Assembly: GCA_963827235.1 (NCBI GenBank)
Contig: CAWHAE010000016.1
Coordinates: 992,001 to 1,056,000, forward strand
DNA: 64,000 nt
Origin: an uncultured bacterium
Lineage (GTDB): Bacteria > Chloroflexota > UBA5177 > JANWHV01
Direction: 5' to 3'
The translations under genes were made by a program, and so were the position numbers. Shown in pieces: positions 1-8,575 of the stretch (within the stretch, counting starts at the first letter, position 1; each line of letters begins with the position of its first letter). The notes under the pieces are model-generated. The model worked only from the letters and a program-made list of their open reading frames with translations. It was not told the origin of the DNA and searched no databases.

Positions 1-561
1 GCGAGCCACATCCGAGAACGCCGTCGCTGCCGTGGCAAGATTGTAGCTATCGACGACAAGGCATGCGTCCTCGACCTGGGACACGATCGCCAAGGCATCA
101 TCCAGACGACGGATGCCGCTGAGCACATCTGGTCGCGTCGAAGAGCGTCCGACCTGCTCGAGTGCCAATCGTACACCCGAGGGACGAGCAAGATCGGCCA
201 GCTCCGCCAAGCGCTCAACCGCGTAGCGCGCGATTTCAGACGGCGGTGGAAGGTCTCGCGTCCGCAAGGGAGCGACACAAATAATCAGAGGGGCGGCGAC
301 GGCCTCGGCGACCTCTAACAGCCTCGCCAGCATAGGAGCAGGGTCGGGATCGTCGGGTAATGCCCAATCCATGAGGGAATTGATGGCAAGCACGCGAACA
401 CCGGTATCGCGGACGGCCGCAGCGATCTCTGCCACGGGCTCGGCGTGCCCCAGCGTGCGCAGCTCCACCAGATTCACGCCGGCCGACACCGCTGTGTACA
501 GAAAGTCCGCGGTGGACACGCCGGGAAATGTGCCTTGATTCAGGGCAGCGGTCAATGCCAT
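1..561 (-). CDS. Sugar phosphate isomerase/epimerase, xylose isomerase-like TIM barrel (IolI-like); runs off the window edge
   Basis: Manual translation from ATG at 561: MALTAALNQGTFPG...GVNLVELR...VRVLAINSL...GVRLALEQVG...LVVDSYN. The LALE and D-x-x-H/N motifs are typical of AP_endonuc_2 barrels. Not in the ORF track because it has no stop inside the window. Confidence 0.75.
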   Translation of the reverse strand, partial: MALTAALNQGTFPGVSTADFLYTAVSAGVNLVELRTLGHAEPVAEIAAAVRDTGVRVLAINSLMDWALPDDPDPAPMLARLLEVAEAVAAPLIICVAPLRTRDLPPPSEIARYAVERLAELADLARPSGVRLALEQVGRSSTRPDVLSGIRRLDDALAIVSQVEDACLVVDSYNLATAATAFSDVAR

Positions 562-687
562 GTGGCGAGCCCAGTCTCCGCAGTCGATTCAGATGGCGCT
601 GCGCGCATCTTCAGGTCGAGCCGGCCGCGAGATACGCAATCCGGCCGCGCGCCGGCAGCCAACATCGGGCCAAAACGCGAACGAGAG

Positions 688-720
688 AAACTATAGAATA
701 TGAAATATGATATCCTACCC
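688..720. promoter_or_regulatory. AT-rich putative promoter/operator with tandem AATATGA x2 (697-710) upstream of the TIM-barrel gene
   Basis: ctatagAATATGAAATATGAtatcc lies in an otherwise GC-rich intergenic region. Confidence 0.35.
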
Positions 721-851
721 CCGCCAGACCACAATCGTAGTCTACAGCCGCCAGGATGTCAAGGACTTCGCCAAGGCAAGGCGGACGGAAGTACATGGGC
801 GCGGAGAGGCAGCGTCTGGCGCAGGGACAGACGCGATGAGCCCCGCTGACT

Positions 852-2096
852 TCAGTTCGGTGCGCCTATCAGATCGACGTTGACAGCGTCGAGCATTGCT
901 TCAATGTTCTGAGGCGGCACGTCGGCCAACACGTTATGCACCTGCTGGAAGACGAAGCCACCCCCAGGCCGCAAAATCTCGACTTGCTTTCGGACGTGCT
1001 CCCGGATCTGATCCGGCGTCCCGTGTGACAGCAGCCACTGGGTGTCGCAGCCGCCACCCCAGAAGGTGATGTCCTTGCCGAAGTCCCGCTTCAGCCCCGC
1101 CGAGTCCATGCCATTGCAGCTGATCTGCACGGGATTGACGGCATCGAGGCCGGCATCGATAAGATCCGGCAAGAGCGGGCGTATGCCGCCGCAACAATGC
1201 AACATCACCTTGACATCTGCAAGCTCCTTGGCGCGTTTCCACATGCGCGCATGGCGTGGCTTGAAGAACTCGCGGTACATCCGGGGCGATATCTGGGGGC
1301 CGCTTTGCATACCGAGGTCGTCGCCGAACAAGATGATGTCGATGTACGGTCCGACCAGCCCCAGGTATTTCTCCAGTCGTGTGAGATGCATGTTGGTCAA
1401 GCGCTCGAGCAAGTCGTGAGCGCGGTCCGGCTCCGCGGCCAGCAACGCCAGGAAGTTGTCGTTCCGGTACAGATACTGGCCCCACTCCATGAGATTGCCG
1501 CCGAACAGGCCCAGTATCGCCCTATCGCTGCCTTCGCGCAGCCGTCGTGCCCCCGCCACCAACAGCCGGTCGCCGTGCGGCCCGTCGACCAGTGGTCCCG
1601 GCGGCGAGGGCAACCCCCACATGCATTCCGCCATGGCTTCCTCGAGCGCATCGTGATTCGGCTCGCCCTCGGCGTATGGGAAATAGGCAGACTCAAAGTA
1701 CAATGCGCCGTCGGGCATCTGGGCGATGATCCGTCCCGTTCGAGAGCGCAGTACCCACCGATGTTCATCGCGCTCAGGCTTCAGCCATACCGGCACCTGG
1801 CATGGCGTACCGTCAGGGAGCGTCCAATCTGCCCAATCGGCATCGTCAAGCGCAAACGCGCGTCCCAGCTCGACAGTGTCGGCGCCGAAGCGATCGAGGA
1901 CGTCGTCGTGCACAACGGCGAGCTGCTGCTGCATGTCGTACACGCGCACCGGTCTTGGCTCAAGGCCCAGGCTCGCCCTGAGCCGCGGATAGGCGATGGC
2001 CGAGATGCCTGATGACCGGTGACCGCCAAAGTCAATCGGCACGCGATCGGTCTCAGTGTGATTGAGTGCTGCGAGGACGCGGTTTCGCGAGTTCAT
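852..2096 (-). CDS. Uroporphyrinogen decarboxylase (URO-D/MtaA-CmuA) superfamily protein
   Basis: Start MNSRNRVLAALNHTETDRVPIDFGG follows a GAAGGAGA RBS. Motifs GDDLGMQSGPQISP, MLHCCG, FWGGGCDTQ, GGGFVFQQVHN. The ORF-track N-terminal extension overlaps the enolase and is spurious. Confidence 0.88.
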   Translation of the reverse strand: MNSRNRVLAALNHTETDRVPIDFGGHRSSGISAIAYPRLRASLGLEPRPVRVYDMQQQLAVVHDDVLDRFGADTVELGRAFALDDADWADWTLPDGTPCQVPVWLKPERDEHRWVLRSRTGRIIAQMPDGALYFESAYFPYAEGEPNHDALEEAMAECMWGLPSPPGPLVDGPHGDRLLVAGARRLREGSDRAILGLFGGNLMEWGQYLYRNDNFLALLAAEPDRAHDLLERLTNMHLTRLEKYLGLVGPYIDIILFGDDLGMQSGPQISPRMYREFFKPRHARMWKRAKELADVKVMLHCCGGIRPLLPDLIDAGLDAVNPVQISCNGMDSAGLKRDFGKDITFWGGGCDTQWLLSHGTPDQIREHVRKQVEILRPGGGFVFQQVHNVLADVPPQNIEAMLDAVNVDLIGAPN

Positions 2097-2151
2097 GTTC
2101 TCTCCTTCATCGGCCGGCCTATCTTCTTCCCGGCACCAAAGTCGACCATAC

Positions 2152-3450
2152 CTAACTTTGGAAGCCCCGATACCTGAGGGCCTGGCCACCCGCAAAGGTC
2201 GACCGACCCCGCTCCTCCGCTTCGATGCGCAGCAGGCGATTCCACTTCGCGGTCCGCTCCGACCGCATGAGCGAGCCGACCTTGACCTGTCCGGCGCGCC
2301 ATCCGACTGCCAGGTCCGCGAGCCAGCAATCCTCCGTGTCGCCCGAGCGCGCCGAGACGACCACCGAGTAGCCGGCCTCTTGGGCACGACTGACGACGCT
2401 CCGTGCACGGGTGAGAGTTCCGGTCTGGTTTGGCTTGACCAGAACCGCATTGGCGATGCCCTCGCTCACTCCTCGGTTCAGCCGGCTCAGGTCAGTGACG
2501 AACAGGTCATCGCCCAGGAGCTGGAGGCGGCTGTTCCACCGGCGGCTGGCAGCGGCCCATCCCGTCCAGTCGTCTTCGCCGAGTGGGTCTTCCAGTGAGA
2601 CGACCGGATATCCATCGCACCATGCCGTCAGCTCATCGAGAAGCGCAGCCGTATCCACTGTCCGGCCCTCGGCCGTAAGCCGGTAGCAAGCGCCATCCAC
2701 CAGCTGCGTAGCTGCCACGTCGATGGCAATGGCGACCTCCGATCCAGGAATTAAGCCCGAGCGCTCTATGCCCGCCAGGACCAGATCGAGCGCGGCGCGA
2801 TTCGAAGGCAATACGGGGCCAAGGCCGCCCTCGTCGGCGACGAGCGCGGTGGTCAATCCCCGTCCAGCAGCCACTTCGGCGGTGGCCCGGCGCACTCGCC
2901 AGGCCCACTCGATGGCCTCGGCGAAGCTTGCCGCGCCGACGGGGATGACAAGGATGTCCTGCACGTCCACGGCGCCGCCCGCATGTGCACCCCCGGATAT
3001 GATGTTGATCATCGGCAAGGGCAGCAAAGGGCTTGCGCCACCGCCAAGCCAGCGGTAGAGCGGCGCGGCAACTGCCTGCGCTGACGCCAGCGCCGCCGTC
3101 ACCGATAACGCCAGTACGGCATTGGCTCCCAACCGCTCGAGATTCTGCGTCCCGTCCAGTCCACACAAGAGGGTGTCAAGTCCGGATTGGTCCGTCGCGT
3201 CGTAACCGACCACTGCCGGGCCCAGAACCTCGTTGATATTGCGGATGGCGTGCAGTACGCCGCGCCCTCCGTACCGCTCACTGCCGTCACGCAACTCATG
3301 CGCCTCATATGTCCCGGTAGAGGCTCCAGATGGGACTATTGCCACTCCATTTGCGCCGCCGGCCAGCGTGAGCGAGCAGCCCACGGTCGGCGTCCCGCGG
3401 GAGTCGAGTGCCTCCCAGGCGAACACACGCTCGATACCGGTTTTGGTCAT
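2152..3450 (-). CDS. eno: Enolase (phosphopyruvate hydratase) paralogue with atypical active-site residues
   Basis: DSRGTPTV, VPSGASTG, ELRDG, LGANA, GGAHAG, DEGG, SLEDP, GDDLFVT, VKPNQTGT, SARSGDTED, QVKVGSLMRSER. Confidence 0.9.
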   Translation of the reverse strand: MTKTGIERVFAWEALDSRGTPTVGCSLTLAGGANGVAIVPSGASTGTYEAHELRDGSERYGGRGVLHAIRNINEVLGPAVVGYDATDQSGLDTLLCGLDGTQNLERLGANAVLALSVTAALASAQAVAAPLYRWLGGGASPLLPLPMINIISGGAHAGGAVDVQDILVIPVGAASFAEAIEWAWRVRRATAEVAAGRGLTTALVADEGGLGPVLPSNRAALDLVLAGIERSGLIPGSEVAIAIDVAATQLVDGACYRLTAEGRTVDTAALLDELTAWCDGYPVVSLEDPLGEDDWTGWAAASRRWNSRLQLLGDDLFVTDLSRLNRGVSEGIANAVLVKPNQTGTLTRARSVVSRAQEAGYSVVVSARSGDTEDCWLADLAVGWRAGQVKVGSLMRSERTAKWNRLLRIEAEERGRSTFAGGQALRYRGFQS

Positions 3451-4481
3451 CGCACGACCTCCTCACCTAGCATGCGCCACGCTTCGGCCGGCGCCGAAGG
3501 AAGTGCGCTGAGCATTGATCGAGCCAGCGCGCGCGCATGGGCCTGCTCACCGGCCGTCAGATACTCAGCCGGAGACTTGCCGTCGACCCGTGCGAGCATT
3601 TGACAGGCAACGTGGCCGAACACGTAGGCAGCGCTGGGTGCAAGAGCAGTCGACACGGCCCTGCAATAGGCGCGCCAGAATGCCTCTGCGCAGAGCCGGT
3701 ACTCGCCGGCGCTATTGGGGCGATGGATGGCTTTCAGCATGAGGTGGTTGAGCATGAATGCCAGGTCGAAGGCCGGATCTCCCAGGTGCGCTACCTCGAA
3801 ATCCACAACCCACAGGCCCTCCTCGCCCAGGAGCACGTTCTTTGGCGAAAAGTCGCCGTGCACCAGGCAGCTCCGGGTCGACTGCAACCGCGCGACGTAG
3901 CTGTCAATCTCCGGCGCGAGATCCGGGTGGCGGATCATGACGGTCCGGTAATAGGGATCGACTCGCAGCTGGTCGAATACCTCACCATCATCGAACCTGT
4001 TCGCCCCCGAGGCACCTTCCCGCGAGGCCGAGTGCCAGGAAGCCAGTATAGTACCCAGGCGGGTTGCCACCTTCGGGTCGGCTGCACCGCTCAGCAGGCA
4101 TGTCTTCCAGTTCTGCCAGCTTGCCGGCGCGCACTCGATGGTGATGGTCCACATCGCCTCATCCACGTCGAGGACGGCTGGAACGGCAGACGGCGTCACG
4201 TCGTGCGCCCAAAGGAGGGCCGCGGCCTCCGTCAGCACTCGCTCGCGCTTAGCCAGCCATTCCTCTGCTACGCGGAGCCGCGGCAACGACTGCTTGACCA
4301 CACAAGCGCGATCGCCGGCTTGCACGGCAAGCACGACATTGGAGATACCCCCGCCCAGTGCTTCCACTTCTACTGGGCTGCCAGCCGTTACGAGACCACG
4401 CCGGCTGAGGTACGGACCGACAGTCTCGACGGTCAGGAGTGGCGTCACGGTCTCGGGTGCTTCCTTTGGCTCCTGATGCAT
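3447..4481 (-). CDS. APH/choline-kinase-fold phosphotransferase (5-methylthioribose kinase-like)
   Basis: LGGGISNVV, VVKQ, LVHGDFSPKNVL, VVDFEVAHLGDPAFD. Stop overlaps the enolase start. Start position is uncertain. Confidence 0.85.
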   Translation of the reverse strand: MHQEPKEAPETVTPLLTVETVGPYLSRRGLVTAGSPVEVEALGGGISNVVLAVQAGDRACVVKQSLPRLRVAEEWLAKRERVLTEAAALLWAHDVTPSAVPAVLDVDEAMWTITIECAPASWQNWKTCLLSGAADPKVATRLGTILASWHSASREGASGANRFDDGEVFDQLRVDPYYRTVMIRHPDLAPEIDSYVARLQSTRSCLVHGDFSPKNVLLGEEGLWVVDFEVAHLGDPAFDLAFMLNHLMLKAIHRPNSAGEYRLCAEAFWRAYCRAVSTALAPSAAYVFGHVACQMLARVDGKSPAEYLTAGEQAHARALARSMLSALPSAPAEAWRMLGEEVVR

Positions 4482-4518
4482 ACCCAACATTGCTTTCTGA
4501 TAGACGCTGGTCGAGGGT

Positions 4519-4529
4519 GGGGGGGGGGG
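4519..4529. repeat. G11 homopolymer in the M24-kinase intergenic region
   Basis: tcgagggtGGGGGGGGGGGcaac. Confidence 0.8.
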
Positions 4530-4575
4530 CAACGGCCATAGCAGGCCGGCGCAGCCGGAATACTTGTCGCTACGG

Positions 4576-5724
4576 TCACAGGGTAAGCGCATTGCGCGAA
4601 AGAATCTCGGCGCCGTCGGCGGTGATAAGAAGACTTACTTCTTGGCGCACACCACCGGCATCGGGAACATATGCGCCCGGCTCGAGTGCTATGACCATGC
4701 CCGCGCTGAGAACAGTCGGCGCATCCTTCCAGATATACGGCGCCTCATGCAAGCTCACGCCGAGGCCGTGCCCGGAATGATGCGGATACGCATAGCCATG
4801 GCGAGCCACAGCATCCCGTACGCGACGATCCAGGTCGCCCGCCACGATGCCAGGGCGCGCGGCCTCGATCCCCACGTCGAGCGCCTCGCGCGCGGCTCGA
4901 TGCATCTGTGACTGTTGGGGGCTAGGGTTACCGCCCACAACCGTCGTGCTACAGCTGTCCGACCAATAGCCTTGCCACTGCGGGAGCAAGTCGCTCAGGA
5001 CCAAATCTCCTTCGCGCAGCTCGTAGCCATGTGGATCTCCCTGCCATACCTCGGAGCTGCCACAGCCGGCACGCAATGCCACCCTTACCGGCACTCGCCG
5101 TGCCGCTACATGCTCCATACATGCTTTCGCCCCACTGAAGACCTCGATCTCTGTCCTACCCTCGACGGCGAGGTCTCGTACCGCCTGCTGCATCACGTCG
5201 CCCAGTCGCACCGCTTCCCGAATCAGGGCAACCTCTCGCGGGCTCTTGACCATTCGAACCCCGTCAAAGAGGCCATCGACGGACACCATGACCCAATTCG
5301 GGCTGCGATCGGCTACGACGTTCCGAATGGCCGCTGGCACCCAGTGCGCCTCCACGCCGATGCGCGCGTGTCGCGGGGCAATGGCGGTGACCACGGAGCT
5401 GATCGCACGGTGATAGGCAGCGGTGCTCTCGAGCGGATAGTGGTAGGTGTAGGCCTGATAACCTTCCACGATCACGCTCCAGCCCTCACGCTCCTGGTTT
5501 GTAGATGGGCAATCTGGCGCGATCAAGCACACGTGCTTCCGGGTCAGCAGGGCCAGTGCCGGGCCGGCGGCCCAGGGATTTGGGCCGCCTTCGAAGGCGG
5601 GAGCGTGTCCCGTCAGATACGCCACTGTACAAGGATCGGCGGCCAGGACGAGATCCAGCTTCTGCTGTTTGAGGACCTCGGCACAGCGCTCGAGGTTGAT
5701 GGTGTCGGGATCGATCATCAGCAT
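4576..5724 (-). CDS. M24 family metallohydrolase (Xaa-Pro peptidase/creatinase fold)
   Basis: Creatinase_N-like N-terminus, RMVKSPRE, SDLLPQWQGYWSD, HSGHGLGVSLHEAP, ALEPGAY, GVRQE; the D,D,H,E,E metal ligands are present. Confidence 0.88.
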   Translation of the reverse strand: MLMIDPDTINLERCAEVLKQQKLDLVLAADPCTVAYLTGHAPAFEGGPNPWAAGPALALLTRKHVCLIAPDCPSTNQEREGWSVIVEGYQAYTYHYPLESTAAYHRAISSVVTAIAPRHARIGVEAHWVPAAIRNVVADRSPNWVMVSVDGLFDGVRMVKSPREVALIREAVRLGDVMQQAVRDLAVEGRTEIEVFSGAKACMEHVAARRVPVRVALRAGCGSSEVWQGDPHGYELREGDLVLSDLLPQWQGYWSDSCSTTVVGGNPSPQQSQMHRAAREALDVGIEAARPGIVAGDLDRRVRDAVARHGYAYPHHSGHGLGVSLHEAPYIWKDAPTVLSAGMVIALEPGAYVPDAGGVRQEVSLLITADGAEILSRNALTL

Positions 5725-5820
5725 TTCTCCCCAGCGACGTCACTTCCGCTGAACTCTGGTCCCGTCAAATCCGCATCGACGTGACAGGACCAGATACCGC
5801 CCGCGCGAGCTCAGGTGCGT

Positions 5821-8463
5821 CTAGCGTTTCTCGGCGGCGTCGAAGCGCAGACGGACAGACTGGATTGCGCGCCCGCCCACCGCGACGCGAACTGCCGCGC
5901 CTTCAATGGGCAGCGATGCGCCGTTTTCTTCCAGCGGCGAAGTGAGTGTGGCGGAGGAGAGGCTCAACGCAAAGCGCACCGGAACCTCCGCAGCTTCGCG
6001 GCGTACATTCTGCAGACGCAGGATCATCCCGTCGCCATCCTCAGCCGGTTTCAAGGTCAGTTGGACGCCGGCATCCTCGGGAATAGTGAGCAGCGAGTCG
6101 GACTGCACGCCGGTGCGCAGATAGTCGCGCAGCACGAGCACCGGAGTTGCCTCTTCCGCACCAAATCGTGCCGCCGCCACCTCGTCACACGGACCGCCGT
6201 GCGTGGTAAGCCGGTAGCGCAGCGGGATCTCGCCACCCTGGCTGGCCTTGAAGTTCACCATCCAGTGGTTATTGAGCGCCCAGGACATCAGCGTTGGCCC
6301 TTCCGGATCGAACTGCGGGGTCCGGCGCGCCGTGGTGATGCCGCCAAGCTGCATCAACGGTGCATCCAGTGGGGCCACGGTCACGCCACGCGTGCCGTCG
6401 CTGACGTCGACCCAGCGCTGTATCGGGTACCAGGCTTGCACGGTACCCGGTAACTGATCCACGCCCGGCGAGCAAGCGATGCCGTTCAGGTCTGCCCGGA
6501 ACGACGGTCGCCCCAGATTGCAGGGGAAGGCGATATAGACGGCCTCCGGATCGGTGACGTGCTGCTTATCCAGCGTCCAGTCGATAGCCAGCGTCTTGGC
6601 ACCGCTCTCCAGACTGAAGCGGCAGCGGGCGCCGAAGATGCCAAGTGCCTGAATCTTCACGCTGATCGAGGCGCGCCCCTGCTCCAGCACCGGCTCCTCG
6701 ACATGGACTTCACTTGCCACGTTCTGCTGGAACGGAGGGTCGGCGGCCCAAATGCCAAACTCTTCGTGGGAGAAGTCGCCGACGTAGACTGCATTGCGCC
6801 CCTCCGGCGAATCCACCCACTCGTAGATATACTGGCCAAGGCCCCAGCCGCGATACGAGCCTGCGAAGTTGTGGCCGAGGCTCTTGTCGTACCACTCGAC
6901 CACGGCGCCCCTGGCAGGATCGATACGTACCCGATAGTGCGCGTTCTCGATCTGATATGGCGCCACGGACAGATCGGCAAACGGTGCTTCCGTCGCCAGC
7001 GGCAGGAAGGCGTAGCCCAGTCCCGGCACCTGCCCCCGCACCCGGCGGAGCGGGGTCGGCGGGCGATTGCCGCCCCAGGGGACATCGCGAGGGAAGAACA
7101 TCTCCAGGACGCCCGCCGGCGCCGTCCACCCGCGCTGTTCCGGCTCCTCCACCACTACGGTCCGGGTCCAGGGAAGGGTATTGATCGCCAGCAGTTCGGT
7201 CGCGCCCGACGGTGGATAGGCCTCGTCCGGGGCAAGCGCACCCAGGTTGAACAATCCCTCGCCCCCCAGCGTAGCCCGCTCGGCCGCGAAGGCACGCGTG
7301 GTGCGCGCCAGAACGTCCTGCGTCTCGGCAGCGGCGCTGTAAGCGAAGCCAGCCTTCCGATTCCACTGCGCCCGGGTAAAGACCGCACCGGGCGCGTCGA
7401 TGCTGGAGAAGGCTCCCCAGCTGTGCTCGTCGTAGAGTGTCGTGTTCTCGAAAATCGTGGCCAGCCGTGGCGCGTCCCAAGCGCCGCGCCCCTGAGCTCG
7501 CTGCCAGGCGCCTAGCGTCTCGGCGATATGCAGCAGTTCATGCGTGGAACGATTAAGACCCGTCTCGTAGGCACTGGAACCCACGCCATCCGACCACCAG
7601 TCGAGCCAATCGCCGCGCCAGGTCGGCAACGTCGCGCCATGCAGCTCTCGCAGCCGGCGTCCGAACGCGCTGACCGTGGTGATCTCGATGCGTGGGGTGC
7701 GCCCCGCGGCATTCCAGTCACGTACGAAGGCAGGCAGGCGCGGATCGGGCGGCCCGTTATCGACGCGCACCGGATGCGTCGACTGGCTGTACATGAAATC
7801 AAACGGATAGTGCGGATCGGCTTCCAGTTTCTTGACCAGCTCGGGCAGGAAGCGGTCCACGAAGCGCCAGTCTCCGAGCGCGGCCTGGCTGCGACCGAAC
7901 AGATAGTGGTAGCCGTGCCAGGCCAGGATCCTACCGCTACCGGGACCCTCCCACCAGAAGGCGGCAGGTCGGGGCTTGGGCGCGCCGCCGCGGGATGTGT
8001 TGATTGCCAGGGTCAGAAAATCGATTCCGATCTCGGGAAGGAGGTTGGCGAAGAGCCAGCTGACGCCGTTGACGTCGGACTGCATGGCGGTCGTGACGAC
8101 CAGCCCGTAGTCATCGCGCAGTCGTCTCACTGGATAGAGACTGCGATGCATTTGCTCGACGTCGAGCAGAGGCGTCAGATTGTATTGCATCCCGGCAAGA
8201 TCGACATAACCCAGCCGGTGCCAGTGGCGGAAGCGATCGAGCTGCGCCGACGATGCCGCCCGCAGGTAGCGCTCCAGGGTGCCGGTGACTTCGCACACCC
8301 AACGGTAGCGCGCTTCCTCAGGGTAGTGCGCGGTCGCCTCGATCAGGTCAAGCGCTTGGTCGATAAACTCCGCGTGCTGCCGGAAACAGACGTCCTGATA
8401 GTCGGTGAACCCGACGTCGGTATGGCTGTGATTGACGATATACAGAGTGCGGATCTGCGCCAT
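5821..8463 (-). CDS. Glycoside hydrolase family 38 (alpha-mannosidase-like)
   Basis: NHSHTDVGFTD Zn motif, SDVNG nucleophile region, FWWEGP, LYDEHSWG, C-terminal LKPAEDGDGMILRL. Confidence 0.88.
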   Translation of the reverse strand: MAQIRTLYIVNHSHTDVGFTDYQDVCFRQHAEFIDQALDLIEATAHYPEEARYRWVCEVTGTLERYLRAASSAQLDRFRHWHRLGYVDLAGMQYNLTPLLDVEQMHRSLYPVRRLRDDYGLVVTTAMQSDVNGVSWLFANLLPEIGIDFLTLAINTSRGGAPKPRPAAFWWEGPGSGRILAWHGYHYLFGRSQAALGDWRFVDRFLPELVKKLEADPHYPFDFMYSQSTHPVRVDNGPPDPRLPAFVRDWNAAGRTPRIEITTVSAFGRRLRELHGATLPTWRGDWLDWWSDGVGSSAYETGLNRSTHELLHIAETLGAWQRAQGRGAWDAPRLATIFENTTLYDEHSWGAFSSIDAPGAVFTRAQWNRKAGFAYSAAAETQDVLARTTRAFAAERATLGGEGLFNLGALAPDEAYPPSGATELLAINTLPWTRTVVVEEPEQRGWTAPAGVLEMFFPRDVPWGGNRPPTPLRRVRGQVPGLGYAFLPLATEAPFADLSVAPYQIENAHYRVRIDPARGAVVEWYDKSLGHNFAGSYRGWGLGQYIYEWVDSPEGRNAVYVGDFSHEEFGIWAADPPFQQNVASEVHVEEPVLEQGRASISVKIQALGIFGARCRFSLESGAKTLAIDWTLDKQHVTDPEAVYIAFPCNLGRPSFRADLNGIACSPGVDQLPGTVQAWYPIQRWVDVSDGTRGVTVAPLDAPLMQLGGITTARRTPQFDPEGPTLMSWALNNHWMVNFKASQGGEIPLRYRLTTHGGPCDEVAAARFGAEEATPVLVLRDYLRTGVQSDSLLTIPEDAGVQLTLKPAEDGDGMILRLQNVRREAAEVPVRFALSLSSATLTSPLEENGASLPIEGAAVRVAVGGRAIQSVRLRFDAAEKR

Positions 8464-8575
8464 TGCATCCTCCCCTGGCGTATTGCGCCATGCTGTCCTC
8501 GGCCCCGAGTGATAGCGTCAGAGTATTCCGAGAGAGCACGTCCTCCCCGTCGAGGCGGGGCTCTCACGTGGTCGC

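Noticed and set aside
852-2450. Long N-terminal extension of the URO-D ORF, and the many long antisense or alternate-frame ORFs in the track
   Set aside because: They overlap well-supported genes and are Arg/Pro/Ala-rich shadow ORFs typical of high-GC DNA.
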